A stretch of 64,000 bases of DNA from Takakia lepidozioides (GCA_030704615.1 CM060732.1:17732001-17796000); one strand, 5' to 3'. Counted from the first letter of the stretch, positions 10,318 to 24,435 are shown. Notes: generated by a model not told the origin, from the letters alone. Program-made: numbers and translations.

Positions 10318-13300
10318 CTCCCTCTGATTGGCCTCAAATTTGGTGTGTCCCTACATGAGGTAGGTACGCGTAATATGCGATCAAAATCTTAAATTTGTTT
10401 GTTTTCAAGATTTCCTGACGTTTTTTCGTGCGCATCTTGTTTATGGAGAAAGTCAAACTTCCTCACTGGGCGCTTAAGGGTTGAAAGTGACATATTCATC
10501 CTTTTAGCTACATTGTGATTTCTTCTCAGACTCGTTTCGCCATGCGAAATTATCCATGGGCGAGTACCTTAAATTTGAGGTGAAGCCTCACCGCCCACTC
10601 TCACGCCTATTATCAAAAAAAAGCCGCGCGGATAGGTGACATGTTCATCAGGTATAGGGGCTACTTGATCTTTGCGTGTTAGTTTCGCATAATTGTTAGT
10701 TTCACCAATATTGTTGCATTGTGAAAATTTCTTGGAAATTCAAGGAATATGCCCTTGAGCTCACCTGAGCATGGGCGCGCGCTACCCAACCTCTACTCCT
10801 TTAGGGTCAGAGACATCATAATCTACACTTTCCTCAAGCATGGCATCATACTTAAAAAAAAAAAAAGGGCCACCCTTATAACAAATGTTACTTTAAAACA
10901 TCTTTAAGGGCCCATCTTTGAGAAAGAGCAATTAGTTACACCATACCCGCCTACATATTCTCACTCTCTCTAGTCTCCTTTAAGGATGTAAAATTTGAAA
11001 TTTTTGAACGAAGTCTAGATAAAGGTGCACCTACCAATTTCAACCATCAACATGCGAATCCCACTAGTCCACCTTTTCTATGCAACCTTTGGAAGCCCTG
11101 ACTTTGGTTTTTCCCCATCTCTGGTGGGCCCTGTCAAATCCTCTCCCACCCCACTTTTATCCTACATTCACTATTAAATACTATTGGTAGCCTATTGGCA
11201 CAATGGAGGTTCGTAGTTGGAGGGTTAGATTCTTGTTGATGAGTGGTAATGTCAATCACCCCAACTCCTGTGGTTTTTATCACCTCATGTGGTATCACCC
11301 AATATTCATATGTAACTCCTCTTTAGCACGTTTTACATCTGGCCAAATTCGGATTTCAAGATCAAGTGGGAGTTACACTCAAGTGTAATGACACTCCCTT
11401 CCATGGCGCGCCCGTGTCACCCCGTTCCATATCACTCTGATCATGTTACCCCGTCTGTGTAAATTTCGACACGGAGTACGGAAAATTTGTCATGCCAATA
11501 CCGTCTAGTAAGAGATCACCTGAGAGCCTCATATGACAGGTCCTTCCCTTTACAAGAGGGGGAAATATTAACCCCCTTACAAATAGGCCATGGAGGCATA
11601 CATACTCCTTCCCAAGATTAACTGCTCACAAAACCATACCACAGTGGACAAACTGAGCCCCAACCACCGCAGTGACACAAAATGAAATATCCGTCTGAGC
11701 TACAGGCTCCTGGTAGTTTTTTCTAATATGGATAAAAACATTGCAACAAAATTGCAAACGAAATTACAAAATTGTCTCAATGCACTCCAGCTAACCCACT
11801 GACATTGACATAATCGTGAAAAATAAGGTTGCATCATTCTTTAGTAAAAGTAGGTGGCCAAAAATATAACCATAACTTTGTGTGACACTCTAAGAAATCG
11901 CACTATGTCACCAGAAATCCACACACATTCGGTCTCTTATGCAAGAAAACCTTGTAAAAGAGTGACAATCCCATTCCCAATTACGATACTACCAAACATT
12001 CCACCACATTACCTCAACGAAAGCTTACTGGCATGATCAAAATCCTTTACAAAGATAATAGACACGCTCACCAACTGTGAAAAACACTTTTACAATTCAC
12101 CACAGCAGTCATCCTGCAATTTCGATAGATGGTTCTAGGTGCACCTTAGTTACTTGTGATATTAGCAAAGATATGTTTAGCCATGATTTTTTCAGGATTA
12201 AATATCGAACGTTCCCCTAAAACAGCAAAAGATCTCCTGATAACATTATTATTAAATTATCCCTCCGCACAGCTAATCCTGTTATGACTTGCACAACACA
12301 ATACCAGCTATATCCAATTACAAAGCCATTATTCATCAGACATCCTGGCTCGTCAATAAAAAGCAAGTATCCTCAAACTCTGACGGAAACCATCAAGTCA
12401 ACAACCAAAAAGACATACAGGCAAGTACCTAGCACATCATGTTCACATATTATTAGACTTCTAAGTCTACCAGGAGCTAAGTGCAACAGAATTCTACACA
12501 ACATTTCTCCATTACAACCATTGAATGTACCAAGAATAAAGAATAAATGCAAAACTAGTAACAGTGCAGCAGACTAGTAAGAGCACCTACAAGCATTGGA
12601 GATGAGAAAATTGAAGGGTCGCGAGTTCCTGACAGAGGTTGCACACAGAGGTTGCAAATGTACTAAGTTTTGGTGTCAAGAGGGGTAAGACTTGGCCAAA
12701 ACAAAACATAACCATAACATAAACAAAAACGTAACATAAACATACAAAACATTAGAAACACCAAACTAAAACAAAAAGGGAGAGAAACAGAGAGAATGTA
12801 CTCATAGGATGTCGTTTGCCAGAGTCTAGAAAGAATTCACTCATGCTGTTCACTGCAGACATTGGCTTGCCATACCCTTACGGCCATCGACCCTGAAGGA
12901 AACTACCACTCGCGGAGCCTTTTGATGCGCACACACATTGAAGGTTGTTGTTTGCATTTCGTCACACCAGGGTTTAAATTATCCCCGCAACTCAGCAGGT
13001 ATAAACTTGTGTAACTTCAAAAATCGGTATAAACTAATATACCATTAAGTGATTCAGAGGTACTTGTCCGCATGGAAATTCAACACCCCGGTCGCAGGGT
13101 TATTAATTTTATTTTCATAGCCATGCGTTCACCACAGGGGAGGGAGAGCGAATGTACTCATAAGACGTTGTTTGCCATTGCCTTGTGGCCACTGACCCCG
13201 CGCCCAGTTTGAGTGGAACACAAAGGGACAGACACTACCTTTGTCAGGGGCTAACACCGGTGGTATGACTGACCTTAGAACAGACAATTGATCCGAGCTT

Positions 13301-16300
13301 TCAGATATCCTCTACAAGTCCCTTTACACAAGCATCAATCTGCTATGCGATTTGCCCAATAACTAGGCCCCAAAAGGGCCTGGGCATTTGGCTCAACCTC
13401 AAGATACAAGAGAGAGAGAGAACCTTGAGAGGCTCAAGAAGGCTCCCCACTTGACACCCAAGAAGCCTATCCTTGACCACTTTGGAAAGACGAAAAGCTG
13501 AAATGCCATATGCATACAAGCACAGGAACACGGGAACAGATCTTTCAGAGGAGATGCCAAGCATGCGCATTATCTTGAAGCAGCTTCAATGACATTTGAT
13601 AGTCAGAGAACATCTGAGCAGCAATGTCTCAAAAACCTGTAGAACTGGATTGTGATAGTATTATACCTGGGAATGTCGAGGCATTCTCATACCAGCTCAT
13701 TCTTGTTGTGAGCCAGGACTGAGTGAATGCAATATCTGACAGGTTACAAGCACTCCCTATACACGTGAAAACTCAGGAACATATGGAGCAAAAAGATCCT
13801 CTACAGACATCACAGTAATCGATCTTCCTCGAGTTAGAGGCCAGGTCCCAAGGATTAAGCTTTCCATGAACTCAACCTCAAATGTAAAGACAGAAAAATT
13901 AGTGAAGAAAACTGCACAATTGGTACCCATCCAAAGCCACATAAACTGCTTGAAGATAGATTGACCACAGGCCAGGAACAGGTTGACAAGAAGTCGCACC
14001 AAGAAAAGAAATCCTTGGCTTCAGCAGGTTTATACATGGATTTAAGTTTGTCTGTGCTCTTCATCCAAAGGTGAAGGCCATTCAAGCTGGTTTTCGAGCA
14101 AGGACAAGCTTATATCAGTGTTATCTCAGTTCGAAACCTGAGAAACCAACTTACACAACCTCAGTTTGAGATCCAGGAAGTTGATTTTTACATAGAATCT
14201 TGAGTACTCAAAACAGTGTACACCAATCTTCTCTCGTTAGCTCATCTAGAATACTTGTGAAACTTCCAGGTCAAGAAAGAAAAGGAACTTCCAGCACATC
14301 TAAACCTTGAGAAGAGGCATAAAAGTGGGCAAATCAGAGCTTCAACATGCCAAAACCACATGAAACCAAGTAGGTCACCTTACTCACCTTGCTACTCACC
14401 TTTGCTGTGCTTCCCACTTGTCCAGCCACAACACATGAGGGCCTTCAGCCTTATCCAATATCTCCAGCACTTTTCCTGCAGAAGAGAGAACTTCCAACTA
14501 AAAATTACAGTGATATCTCCATCAAGATCGTATCCATCAACCAGGGAATACGAAAGCGAATGAGAATTCAATACAACCAAATGCTTCCAACACTCCCATA
14601 TTCAATCTACACAGTATTAACTCCTCACCAATAACAATAGTTTCTATCCTGTACCTGTGTGTCACAGAAATTCATGAGAAATAACTCTGGCCAATTAGGA
14701 ACCCTTCATCCCTATGAATCGTTACCCAGGTAAGTGTGGCATGAACAGAATTATTCACCACTTTCACGTTCCTCATTCACAGGGAGAGCGTGCAATAGGT
14801 AAGAGAAGATGTAGGGAGTTACACCACAAGAGAGTGGTGCAGGCAAAAGGGTAGGAAAATGAGGATTTAACCAATGTGCTCACTCTGAACGTTGCAAGGA
14901 TGTAGGTGGCCCACTTTTGTGGCTCAAACTCTTGGGTACAAAGAAGGTTAATCTGTCGAATTGGAAGGAACTGAGAAGCTATTATGGTGTGTACTTCAGA
15001 AACAAGGGAGAAAGGCAAGAAAGGAAAGAAAAGGAATAAGGATTGCAAGGAGTGCCAATAGAGACTCGCTATTTATCTGGGAGCAGCGAGAATTATTAAA
15101 TCTCAAACAAAGTATAGACTAAGCACAAATCTGTGAGACTGCTTTCTTTCAAGTTGTCAGTGTAGGGAGGAGGTGAGTGTTCGGTAAAAGGCTAGCGTTC
15201 TCCTTGCTGTTGGAGACAAGTACAATGGGTACACGTACCTGGGTTTGCAATGGACACCCACCATGGCATTCAAACTCCCCTTTCGACACCTCCACCAGTA
15301 TAGGAAACGAAGGTATGCTTAGTTACTAGCGGGTTTGCAAAACTACAGTTGGAATCAGGTACGCATCCAGACAGATAAAAGCAGGGGCCCTAATACGAAC
15401 AATTACAGAGACAAAGCTCAAGGCTTTAATGAACTGTGTACACCAGAAGCAGAGCCCATCAAAACCCTCCCACCAAAACACAGGAGAGGTCTGCCATAAA
15501 TGCTGGTCACAGAAAATGTGCAACAACGTCGGTTCAAACCAACAATAATGATAAAGACAAACTCCAGCAGAGCAAATGTTCAGCATGCACCGTCAAGGGA
15601 TCTTCAAGACAAACTCTAGAACCAAGGTCTGAAGGAATGTAACAATTTGGGCTTCATTGAAACAACTTAGCTAACGTGCTTTGATCATACTTGCTTCGTG
15701 AGAAATGGAGATGATAGGAGCATTTTGACTCGGTTAAGGGGAATTTTTTTGTAACGATGCTAAGACAGCCTAGGTACTACTACCTCATCGATAGTGCCAT
15801 GTGAAGTAACCCAATGAGTGACACTGACAGTCAACAGCTCCAATGAAGGGATTATTATCAAAGCAAATAGTACACAGAAGAGACCTAAGCCTCCATCTTC
15901 AATACTTTCCAAAAGCTTCATAAACTGTCCAACATTGATAAGCTCATCTGCCATCACACTTGTCTACGGATCTAGTGAAACCAACTCTGATGAAAGCCTC
16001 AACCTAGAAAACAAAGCCACTTTACAGATAAAAGCTCTCATTCAAAATTCCTACATCTGCATACTACCAAAAACCTAGGAAAAAACTAGAAGAAACTAGG
16101 CGGCAACTATGCAGGAGCAAAACTCAAAATGTCAAAAAACTTTTGTAGAAAGCCTCCACTTCAGGCTTGGATTGAACATGCAGATAAGGCCTCATTTGGA
16201 TAGAAGGCAGCTAAAACCATTAACCAAATCATGGCCTTGCTGAATTCCTCAAGGAAAGGCACAATCACATATTTAGTTCTGAGGGGCCAGGTCGGGCCTG

Positions 16301-16915
16301 ATGGCACGAGAGAGAAATCAACACTTCTGCAACTTCCTTAACAGGTAGGGAAGAAGGCACAACCCAAAAGGAGAGCAATACAGCCAGGGCTTCTCAGCAA
16401 CTCCTCAAAAGAGGAAAGGCCGGTCCATACTGTCTTGGAGAGGATGGGCTTCCTCTTGGCTCGGCTCTTTGGATGGCTGAGGTGGTGGTCTGGCTCCAGG
16501 CTTCATGTACTGCGGCTGTTAAAGGAGCGAGTAGAGGGAGCGAAAAAGGCACAAGGAAGACGCCAGTGTATCAGAAAAAGGCCTGAGCGGGCCCCTTAGC
16601 AGGAAGGACTATTAGCATGGAATGCCATGAGATCTTCTAACCTGAGACTGAAAGGATGACTAAACATATTGAGTCTTTTGAAAGCAAGTTTGACTCTGAG
16701 TCTCAACCCCTAAGACTTCAGAATACACGGGTAATAAGTATAATCTAGGACTGTCAGTATAAGTAGGAAATGAGGTAACTACGCGCAGCAGACTACGCAG
16801 AGAGAGCACTGAAACTTAAACAAAGCTCACGATAAATCTTCGGCAAACAAACATAGGTTGTTCGAAGACCACTCACCTTCAAATGTGTTGGCCTCCAGCG
16901 GTAGAGCTGAGATGA

Positions 16916-19900
16916 CTACCCAGTGAGAATAAAAGCCTGGAGTAAGCTCTGAGCTGCATGAGCCTGTGAAGAAGATCCAGAAATTTCAACAACTCTCTCA
17001 CCCGTCCCCGAAGTAGTCCTTTCGTGCAATTTGACTTTTGCCCCTGATATCTGCATCCAAAAGGGGTAGGGCAGACAACTTGAGCAATGGATCCTACCAA
17101 CTTCCATTCACTGCCAAGTATGTGTCCATTTATGAGAGGTTGTTACTTGTAACCAAACTCCACACAACAAGTATTAGCGGTAAACATTCAATGAAAGAGG
17201 ATCGACAAACAAAACTGAACTAGGGATAGATCTCACCTGCCGAATCTGAGCTATGTTGCTACCTGATTTCCCAATAACAGCACCTACAGCAGCACTAGGG
17301 ATAAGCACCTCTACGATCATATTTGTCACCAGGCCGCCACCTGACCTGCATAAGAGGAGAGATCAGTAACCACAGAAAGACCGACAACTACCAAGAAGAC
17401 AAATGGCTCAGCCTACCCAACCCCACGAAGAGAAAAAGACCAAGTGTGAACAAGAGAAGTAACATATGATGATAGAAACTGGACGCACCCGCCGCCATAT
17501 CTTCCTGAACCTGTCTGGTGCGATGATCCCCCACCATAGCTAGGAAGATTCCCCCCACCCCCACCACCCTAAACACAGATTGCAAAGAAAATCAATCAAC
17601 AATGACATTGCTACGTCCTATTTTAGCATGACACATAAATAAGCTGTAACTGCATGTGTGTGGCAATAGTAACAAGAGTTTCCAGTTTCAGGATGCCTGT
17701 CCTCACACATGCAACACTACATCAACAGCAGTGTACGCATCATACTAGCCTCAGGCATTGACGAGGAAAACGCTAGAAACAGCTACTAGTTAAGCCTATA
17801 TCTGCAGTACGGGATTTCTCTGTAATTGAAGCCTGAAAAGCCCAATAGAAAAACATATTCCCAAAATCATCAGGTTTACCACCACATACAAATAATCTTA
17901 AAACTGCAGTCGACAGTTACCTGTGAGCCCCAGGCCCCAGGAGAAGTCGACAGGTTCTGATAGCCTGATGAAGACCGACCACTCCCTTGCAAGCCAAGAC
18001 CAGGCAAGGAGGAGTACATTCCTCCAGGAGAGCCTGGCTCATGCCTGCCCCCAAACCCAGATGGGGGAACATTGCCTTGAAGACCAAGCCCTGACATGGA
18101 AGACGGGTACCCACTACCTCCTCCAACACCAGGCTTTTCCCGGTAAAGGTTACTCCGAAGACGAGTAGTGATTTGAATCAAAGCATCTCGTGCGACCCGA
18201 ATTTCTCCAACAATCTGACAGCAGTTGAATGAGTCAAAAAAACTGTCAAAGCTGACATTTATCTTTAAAAGGGATACATCTCTAGGAGAGATGATGTATA
18301 ATCATAAGACAAAACGAATATAGAGTGACACCATAAGCACGGCGCACCTGCACGAGCTCATCAGTCTCCAATGCACACCGGGGCAACGATTCCTTTGCCA
18401 GGATGCGAATGTTTGCACGCGTGTTCCGTCTCATCTCCGCAATGATACTGCCTCCCTTTCCCAGTAAGCACCCTATCTGATTTGAGGGAACAAGCAACCT
18501 GGTTGTGATCACTCCATCTTGATCAGGTCCCAAATCCACTACTCTGCTCTGAACATGAAGAACCGCCTCTTGTGCAGGAGAGATGTTATCGTCCGGATGC
18601 TGCATAATAGTACTGGAAAGTGTCAACACAACTGAAAAATGAACAAAAAACGACATGAACAGTAGAACAGGACAAATGACCAACATCCTCTCTGCAGAGA
18701 TGGCCAGAGTCACTGAAATTCCATGCAGGTTCATCATCACCCTGGGCATGACAGTCCCAGAAGAACTGGCTTGGAATAAAATTCAAAACTTGCCTTCTTG
18801 ACTGCACCTCACAGTCGCAGTTTAAGCTGTAAGTAATTATGTTTACCTCATTAGCTGAAATAATAATAACACGCTCATCTGAGCCTGGCACGGCATCCGC
18901 AACCTTGATCCGTGCACCTGTCTCCTCCCGCAGAGTCTTGATAATGCTGCCTCCTTTGCCAATGACACTCCCAATCTTCTCGTTTGGACACAAAATTCGG
19001 AAAATAAGCTCCTCATCACTGATAGGCGGCCGACCCATGCCACCTACATCCGAGAGCACAGGAAGACCTGAGGAGTTGAAAGGAGGTCCTCCTCCACTAC
19101 CAGCAAGACCAGACAGGGTTGGGCCCATGCCGAGCAGTGGGCCTCCAAGTCCACGGGGGTCGAGTGGAGGAAGAAAAGCATCGCCAGAAAGGAAAGGACC
19201 ACCTGGATGATACATTCCCTGGGGTCGGTCCCGGGGAGGATTGTCTCGCAGCCGAGTTGAGATTCCATGGAGAGCCTTTTTCACCACCGCAAGGTCCCCA
19301 AATATCTGCTCCAGAGCACAAAAGCATCTCTTAGTTTGGTTCGTGCATAACAAGGGCTAGAGCAAGTCATATCCTGAAAAGTCACAAGATAAACCACACT
19401 GAGAAATTTCACAAGCTACTAGCCGTTGCAGAGACAGACAGGACTACCAAACTAACCCTTTTCCACAAAATCAAAACAGAGTCCCACTCCTGAAACTGCT
19501 GTCTGCAGACAGTCTCATGAAGTGCACATTCATCTGAAGACCATTATTGAAGGTTTGCAGGAGTGCTCTGCGACTCCTCTGCGGTTGCACTACTGGTTGC
19601 ACCACTGATTCGACAGAATCCAAGGCTGCTCTATGCAGTGAGTAGCTGGAATACGACCTCCATAGTCCTTGTACAGGGGTGCAAGAGCGTGCTCCTCACG
19701 ATGCCATATAGCTCCACTTTTTCAGCTCGATATTGATCTGGGTACATACCAAAGCTCTAGCACCTGTACAATAACCCTCGTTCGATCACCATGCTACTTC
19801 TAACATCTCCATACACCTGGACGACATAACAAATGGTCCGCGTATCAGGGGGTTCTTGTCCCTCTTATATGCAGTGACAAGTCACTAACGGGTATTTTAC

Positions 19901-20620
19901 CTGAACAAGCTCATCCGATGGCAGGGCGCAGCCTGGTAGTTGCTCCTTTGGAAGAATCCTTATCTGTGCACCTGTTTCGTCACGCATCTGTTCAATGATC
20001 TTGCCGCCCTTTCCAAGCAAGCACCCAATTTGATTGTTTGGAACCAAAAGACGAGTGGTCACCAGGCCTGGCCCCTCCTCATCTTCATCCGAGTTTTGGT
20101 TTGGCGGTTCCCCATCCACAATCCTTGCATGCACTCTGAAAAGAGCTTCTTGTGCAGGTGAGAGTGCCTCTCTCTCCCTGGAATCGTCGTCCCGTTCTCT
20201 CACGTCCCTCTCCCTCTCTCTCTCCCGACCTTCTCTCTCTCTCGAGACGCCATCTCTCTCTCGGCCCTCTCGATCCCGTCCTCTGTCTCGCTCCCTCCCG
20301 CGCTCCCTATCCCTGTCTGGAGCAGATATGATAATGACTCTTTCATCCACCCCTGGAACAGCGTCTGCGATTTTAATCCTCGCTCCCGTCTCTTGACGCA
20401 AGGATTTGATTATGCTTCCACCCTTCCCGATCACACTACCAGTCTTTGAGCCCGGACACAAAATCCGGAAAATGGTATCATCCGGAGCAGGCCTCATTGG
20501 AGGAGGTGGCCCACGCGAGGCGTGCGAAGACTGATGCCTTTTGTGCCTGCCGTTGGACTCCTCGCGGTCGTAATGCGAGTGCGGTCGTTTAGCTGGAGAT
20601 ACAAAGTAAGGCCCGTCCAT
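16916..20620 (-). CDS. Five-KH-domain RNA-binding protein (HEN4/RCF3/At4g18375-like family), 682 aa
   Basis: Coding exons 20620-19901, 19305-18847, 18599-18348, 18214-17921, 17568-17489, 17345-17237 and 17050-16916, all GT-AG and frame-consistent (2049 nt). Five KH GxxG loops: SVIGKGG, CLLGKGG, SVIGKGG, CLLGKGG, AVIGKSG. A 5'UTR acceptor lies at ~20643. Confidence 0.95.
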
Positions 20621-22399
20621 GGAGGCCTCCTCCGTGGCTCCCTGGAGACGAAAGAAAAGAACACAACACCAGACCACACCACACACTGTTCTCACCACCC
20701 CGCCTTCCCCAAGACCTTCACAGCAACACGACAAGCAACAACAATGTGCAACACAAACCAGCTCGGCACAGCTCTGCGTATGCCCTAAACACGCCGTCCA
20801 ACACCTTTCTCCACACCAACTCTCGCTCTCTTCAGCGACCAACCAACCAAGCAACCAGCCAACAAGCTCTGCGCACAGTAAGAGCACAGCAAAAGCTGGA
20901 GCTTGGCAGCGAATGCTCCACCGGGATCCCTGCTCCACCCTCGCCTCGCTCGTCGAGCAATCCTTGTTCCTCGTCTCGCTGCGGCTGTGGAGGCTTGAGG
21001 GCAGCGGAGCTGGAGCAGGGACGTTTGCATGCCGTCCGATTTCTAGGATGAGCGGCTGGAGTGGCGCCACCTGGCCCAGCGACCATGCACGGCGGCGCAG
21101 CACGTAAAAGGGTGGAACAGCTCGGCGCTGCACGTGAGAACCGGCTACATCATTTTGCCACCGGGTGCCACCGGTCTTCTACCTTTGACTGCCGGTTTCA
21201 ACCGGCATGTCCCCTTCGCGCAGGCACATCTCCTCCAACGTACCTCATCCCCACTTTGTTCATCCTTCTAACTTTGTCCGTTTTTATTCTTAATTTACTA
21301 AGAACGGTGGGCGGGCGGCACTGACGATATACATAGTATGTGTATATATATATATGTACTATGTATATATATTGACATATATATATCCGAACTTACCATT
21401 ATTTTTTATTTTTTATTTTTCTTAAAGGGGTCTGACCTGAGAGGATCCATTATTTTTATCATCCACTTTTATTAATAACCATTTTAAAAAACAGGAGGGG
21501 ATTATCGGGGGTGAACTCCCCGAGCCGCAGTTTGCGGTGTGAGCCTGGTGACTTAGACGTTTTTCCTCTTCCCTCCTTTCCTCTATGCTTACAATGATCT
21601 GTGAACGATGGAGATGAAGTAAGGTTCGTTGAACTGCACGGCTTTCATCTTCACCTATGATCATCACCCCTCCCTTTTGTTCATTCCTTTTTCTGTTGAA
21701 AGCATGCAAAGCTTCTTCACGAAAAAGTATCTTCATTCATATATTTCCCAAAGCATCCTCCCTCCCCACCTCAGCTCTATTAATGAGCCAACACGCTAAC
21801 TACGGCGCATCCCCCCCCCCCCCCCCCGGCAAAATCCATCTGGCACTAAAGCTCTTGACGCAAAATGGTGGCTCGTTTTTCTTTACAAATGCCTCGACAA
21901 TGCAGATGCTCTATATGAACACTGGCAGAAGGGCAGAAGGGCAATATTGCGAAGATGCTCGGCCACCTTTGCACTTTCATATGGCAGGGAAGTGATCATA
22001 ACCCTATGGGTGATCTATCTATGCTATTTTGCTACTATTTTCATGTTGTGGATATGACTGGCAGGAATTGCTCAACCCTGGCAAAGGTCATGCATCTACT
22101 TCTAACTATTGCTTTGCATTATCAACTTGAAGTTGTTGCAGCTTCTAAAATCCTCTTCTGGTGACAGTTCTCTTTCTCTTAACCACTTCTTCAACTGCAG
22201 CTGAAGCCAAATCCCGTCTTCAAACCCCCCCCCCCCCCCCCCCCCGCTTTCCCAAAATTGTTCTCTCCTCCCTTCTTCTCAGCTTTGTTTTTCAAGTCCA
22301 TCCTCAGTGTGGTGGCCGTCACTTTGGGAGACCAAGGGTGATAGCTCCCCTTCCTCCCGCCCACTTACCTGACGTCGCTATCTGAAATTGGTGCCTGCT

Positions 22400-22785
22400 T
22401 TGGCATATACATAGGTGCGATCAATGTCTATAAGCCAGTGCAGGACCAAATTCTGAGTGTCGATATCGAAGTAACATAATATGAGTATGATTCTGACAAT
22501 GGTGTCCCTAAGCTCGTCATTCTCATGCCAAAGAACGCCTCAATTGGCACCTCCATCAAATTGCCAACGCGGCTTGATGACTCATATATTGTTGTGGCAG
22601 TAAAAGAGGAGGTCCTCTCCGTCATTTGTTTCCTTTGCAATGCTGAAGGTCATGTCAAGGAGGATTGCCCGAATAGCAAGGCCACAAAGAAAGATGAAGG
22701 CTCCTCCCAGCCCCTGGAAAACACCTCAAAAGGGTGGTCAAAACCTTCATGCACAGGAAGCAACTACAAGGGAAACAAATTATGA
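22400..22785 (+). pseudogene. Retroelement remnant with a CCHC zinc knuckle (LINE ORF1-like)
   Basis: CFLCNAEGHVKEDC in ORF 22525-22785; surrounding sequence is degenerate. Confidence 0.45.
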
Positions 22786-24435
22786 GCAGGTCACAGATAT
22801 TGAGGAGATGCATACTTCAAAGAAGAGAAAGCGAAGTGCAGAACTGGTGGCTGCTAACCTCCCCAAACGACCAACCGGCTCTGGTTTCTTCCCAGTAAGA
22901 ATCATGGAAGCATGGGGCTCCTCCCCCTTCACTGAATCTGACCTGCAACAGTTGGACACTACCAGCCTGGCAATATCATTCCTGCAGCTGCACTCCTTCA
23001 AATCTAGGGCTCTGCCAGGGTGGGCGCTAGGCTCTTCTTATGCGAGAGACAAGGCAGCTATATGTGTCACTCCACTGCTATACACCTTCATTGACGATTA
23101 CACAAATTTCTTCTTTCCAACTGTCAAACAAGGATTCCAATGATCAGCTTGGGTACTAATAGAGGCGATGGCGCTTGAGTTTGGGGTTGGAAAAGAAGGA
23201 GATATCATACTGGCCCTGACTCAAGGGATTTTCCAGGAATTCTTTCCTAAACTAAACCTCTAATTATCTCATATTCAGGATGTTGGCATCATGGTCAAAA
23301 ACAATGAGTCTCATGCCGATCTGGCAATTGTTCATGTGCTGCCAGTTATCTACAGTAGAGATTTGGACACAACAGGAGCAGGGTTTGGGTGCGCAAGCTA
23401 TATAACCTGTCTTGCAGGGTCAAGGAACCCAATGAGTGGGCTAGAAGCAGAAAGATTTTTTACGAAGAGATCAAGCTGGTGGATGAGCATTATGAAATGC
23501 AGAAGTTGAAGAGAGACGGGCTGCCTTAGCAGGAGCCAAACATGAACAGAGAACTGGTGCTGGCAAGTACCAATCAGTTCAACATCTCCTCAAACGTTGT
23601 TGCAGACCACTCCATCACATTTCTGCTTCTGGAGGAGGCTGTTGACTCTCCCCGTGCGGTAAGCATGGACTCATATGCTCACTCCCCCCTATATTATTAC
23701 GAGAACATCCTCAACATACTTCTATTGACCACACCCAGAAACTATACTATCTAAAACCCTATTACAAACCTTACCACAGAGGTTGGGTAGCATGTGCGCA
23801 GGCTCACGCCTCAGTGTGCCTGCTCACCTGAGCAGAAGAGGATATGTCGTCTATTCCAAGAATTAATATTGTCAAAAATAATTTAACGAAACTAAAACAT
23901 GCTCACGCTAAACGAAATGTAAAACATTTGGAAATTTCTGCTCACATGAGCATAAGCCACACGAAGTTGGGGCATATGGAATTTCCTGTTAGTGCCATCT
24001 TCATCAATAATTTCCGTTGACTAATAGTTGCATATTTAATCATGCGATGTTGACACTCGTAACAATCACTAATATGTGAAACTAGACACAATTCATTTTA
24101 TTTCGCCCACGAAACAACCCCCCTTGCCCCCACCACCAACCCCCATCTTAGGTGGTTCTTGCAAGTGTGAAAGGTCAGGTCCAATATACATCATTGTCAT
24201 CGGATACATTCACCTCTGCATCGACGTGATTTGAAGGATCCATACGCAGAACATCATTGACATGATTTGAAAGATCCATATCAACAACATCTTGATCCAA
24301 AGGCCCTATGTCATTAGAACTCGTAGGAACTCTCAAACTCAACAACAAGGCCCCCACATCTTCGCTAGGTCCAAAATCTCAATCCAAGGCATTTGGATTT
24401 AATGGCCATATGTCTGTTCTCCTCAAAATAACACG

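Noticed and set aside
20621-21133. N-terminal extension of the 422-aa KH ORF
   Set aside because: It starts at a non-ATG codon, has intron/UTR-like composition, and an acceptor at ~20643 precedes the good-context ATG at 20620.
21422-21440. TTAAAGGGG as a Kolobok-type terminus
   Set aside because: I found no partner end or transposase; the match is too short to support.
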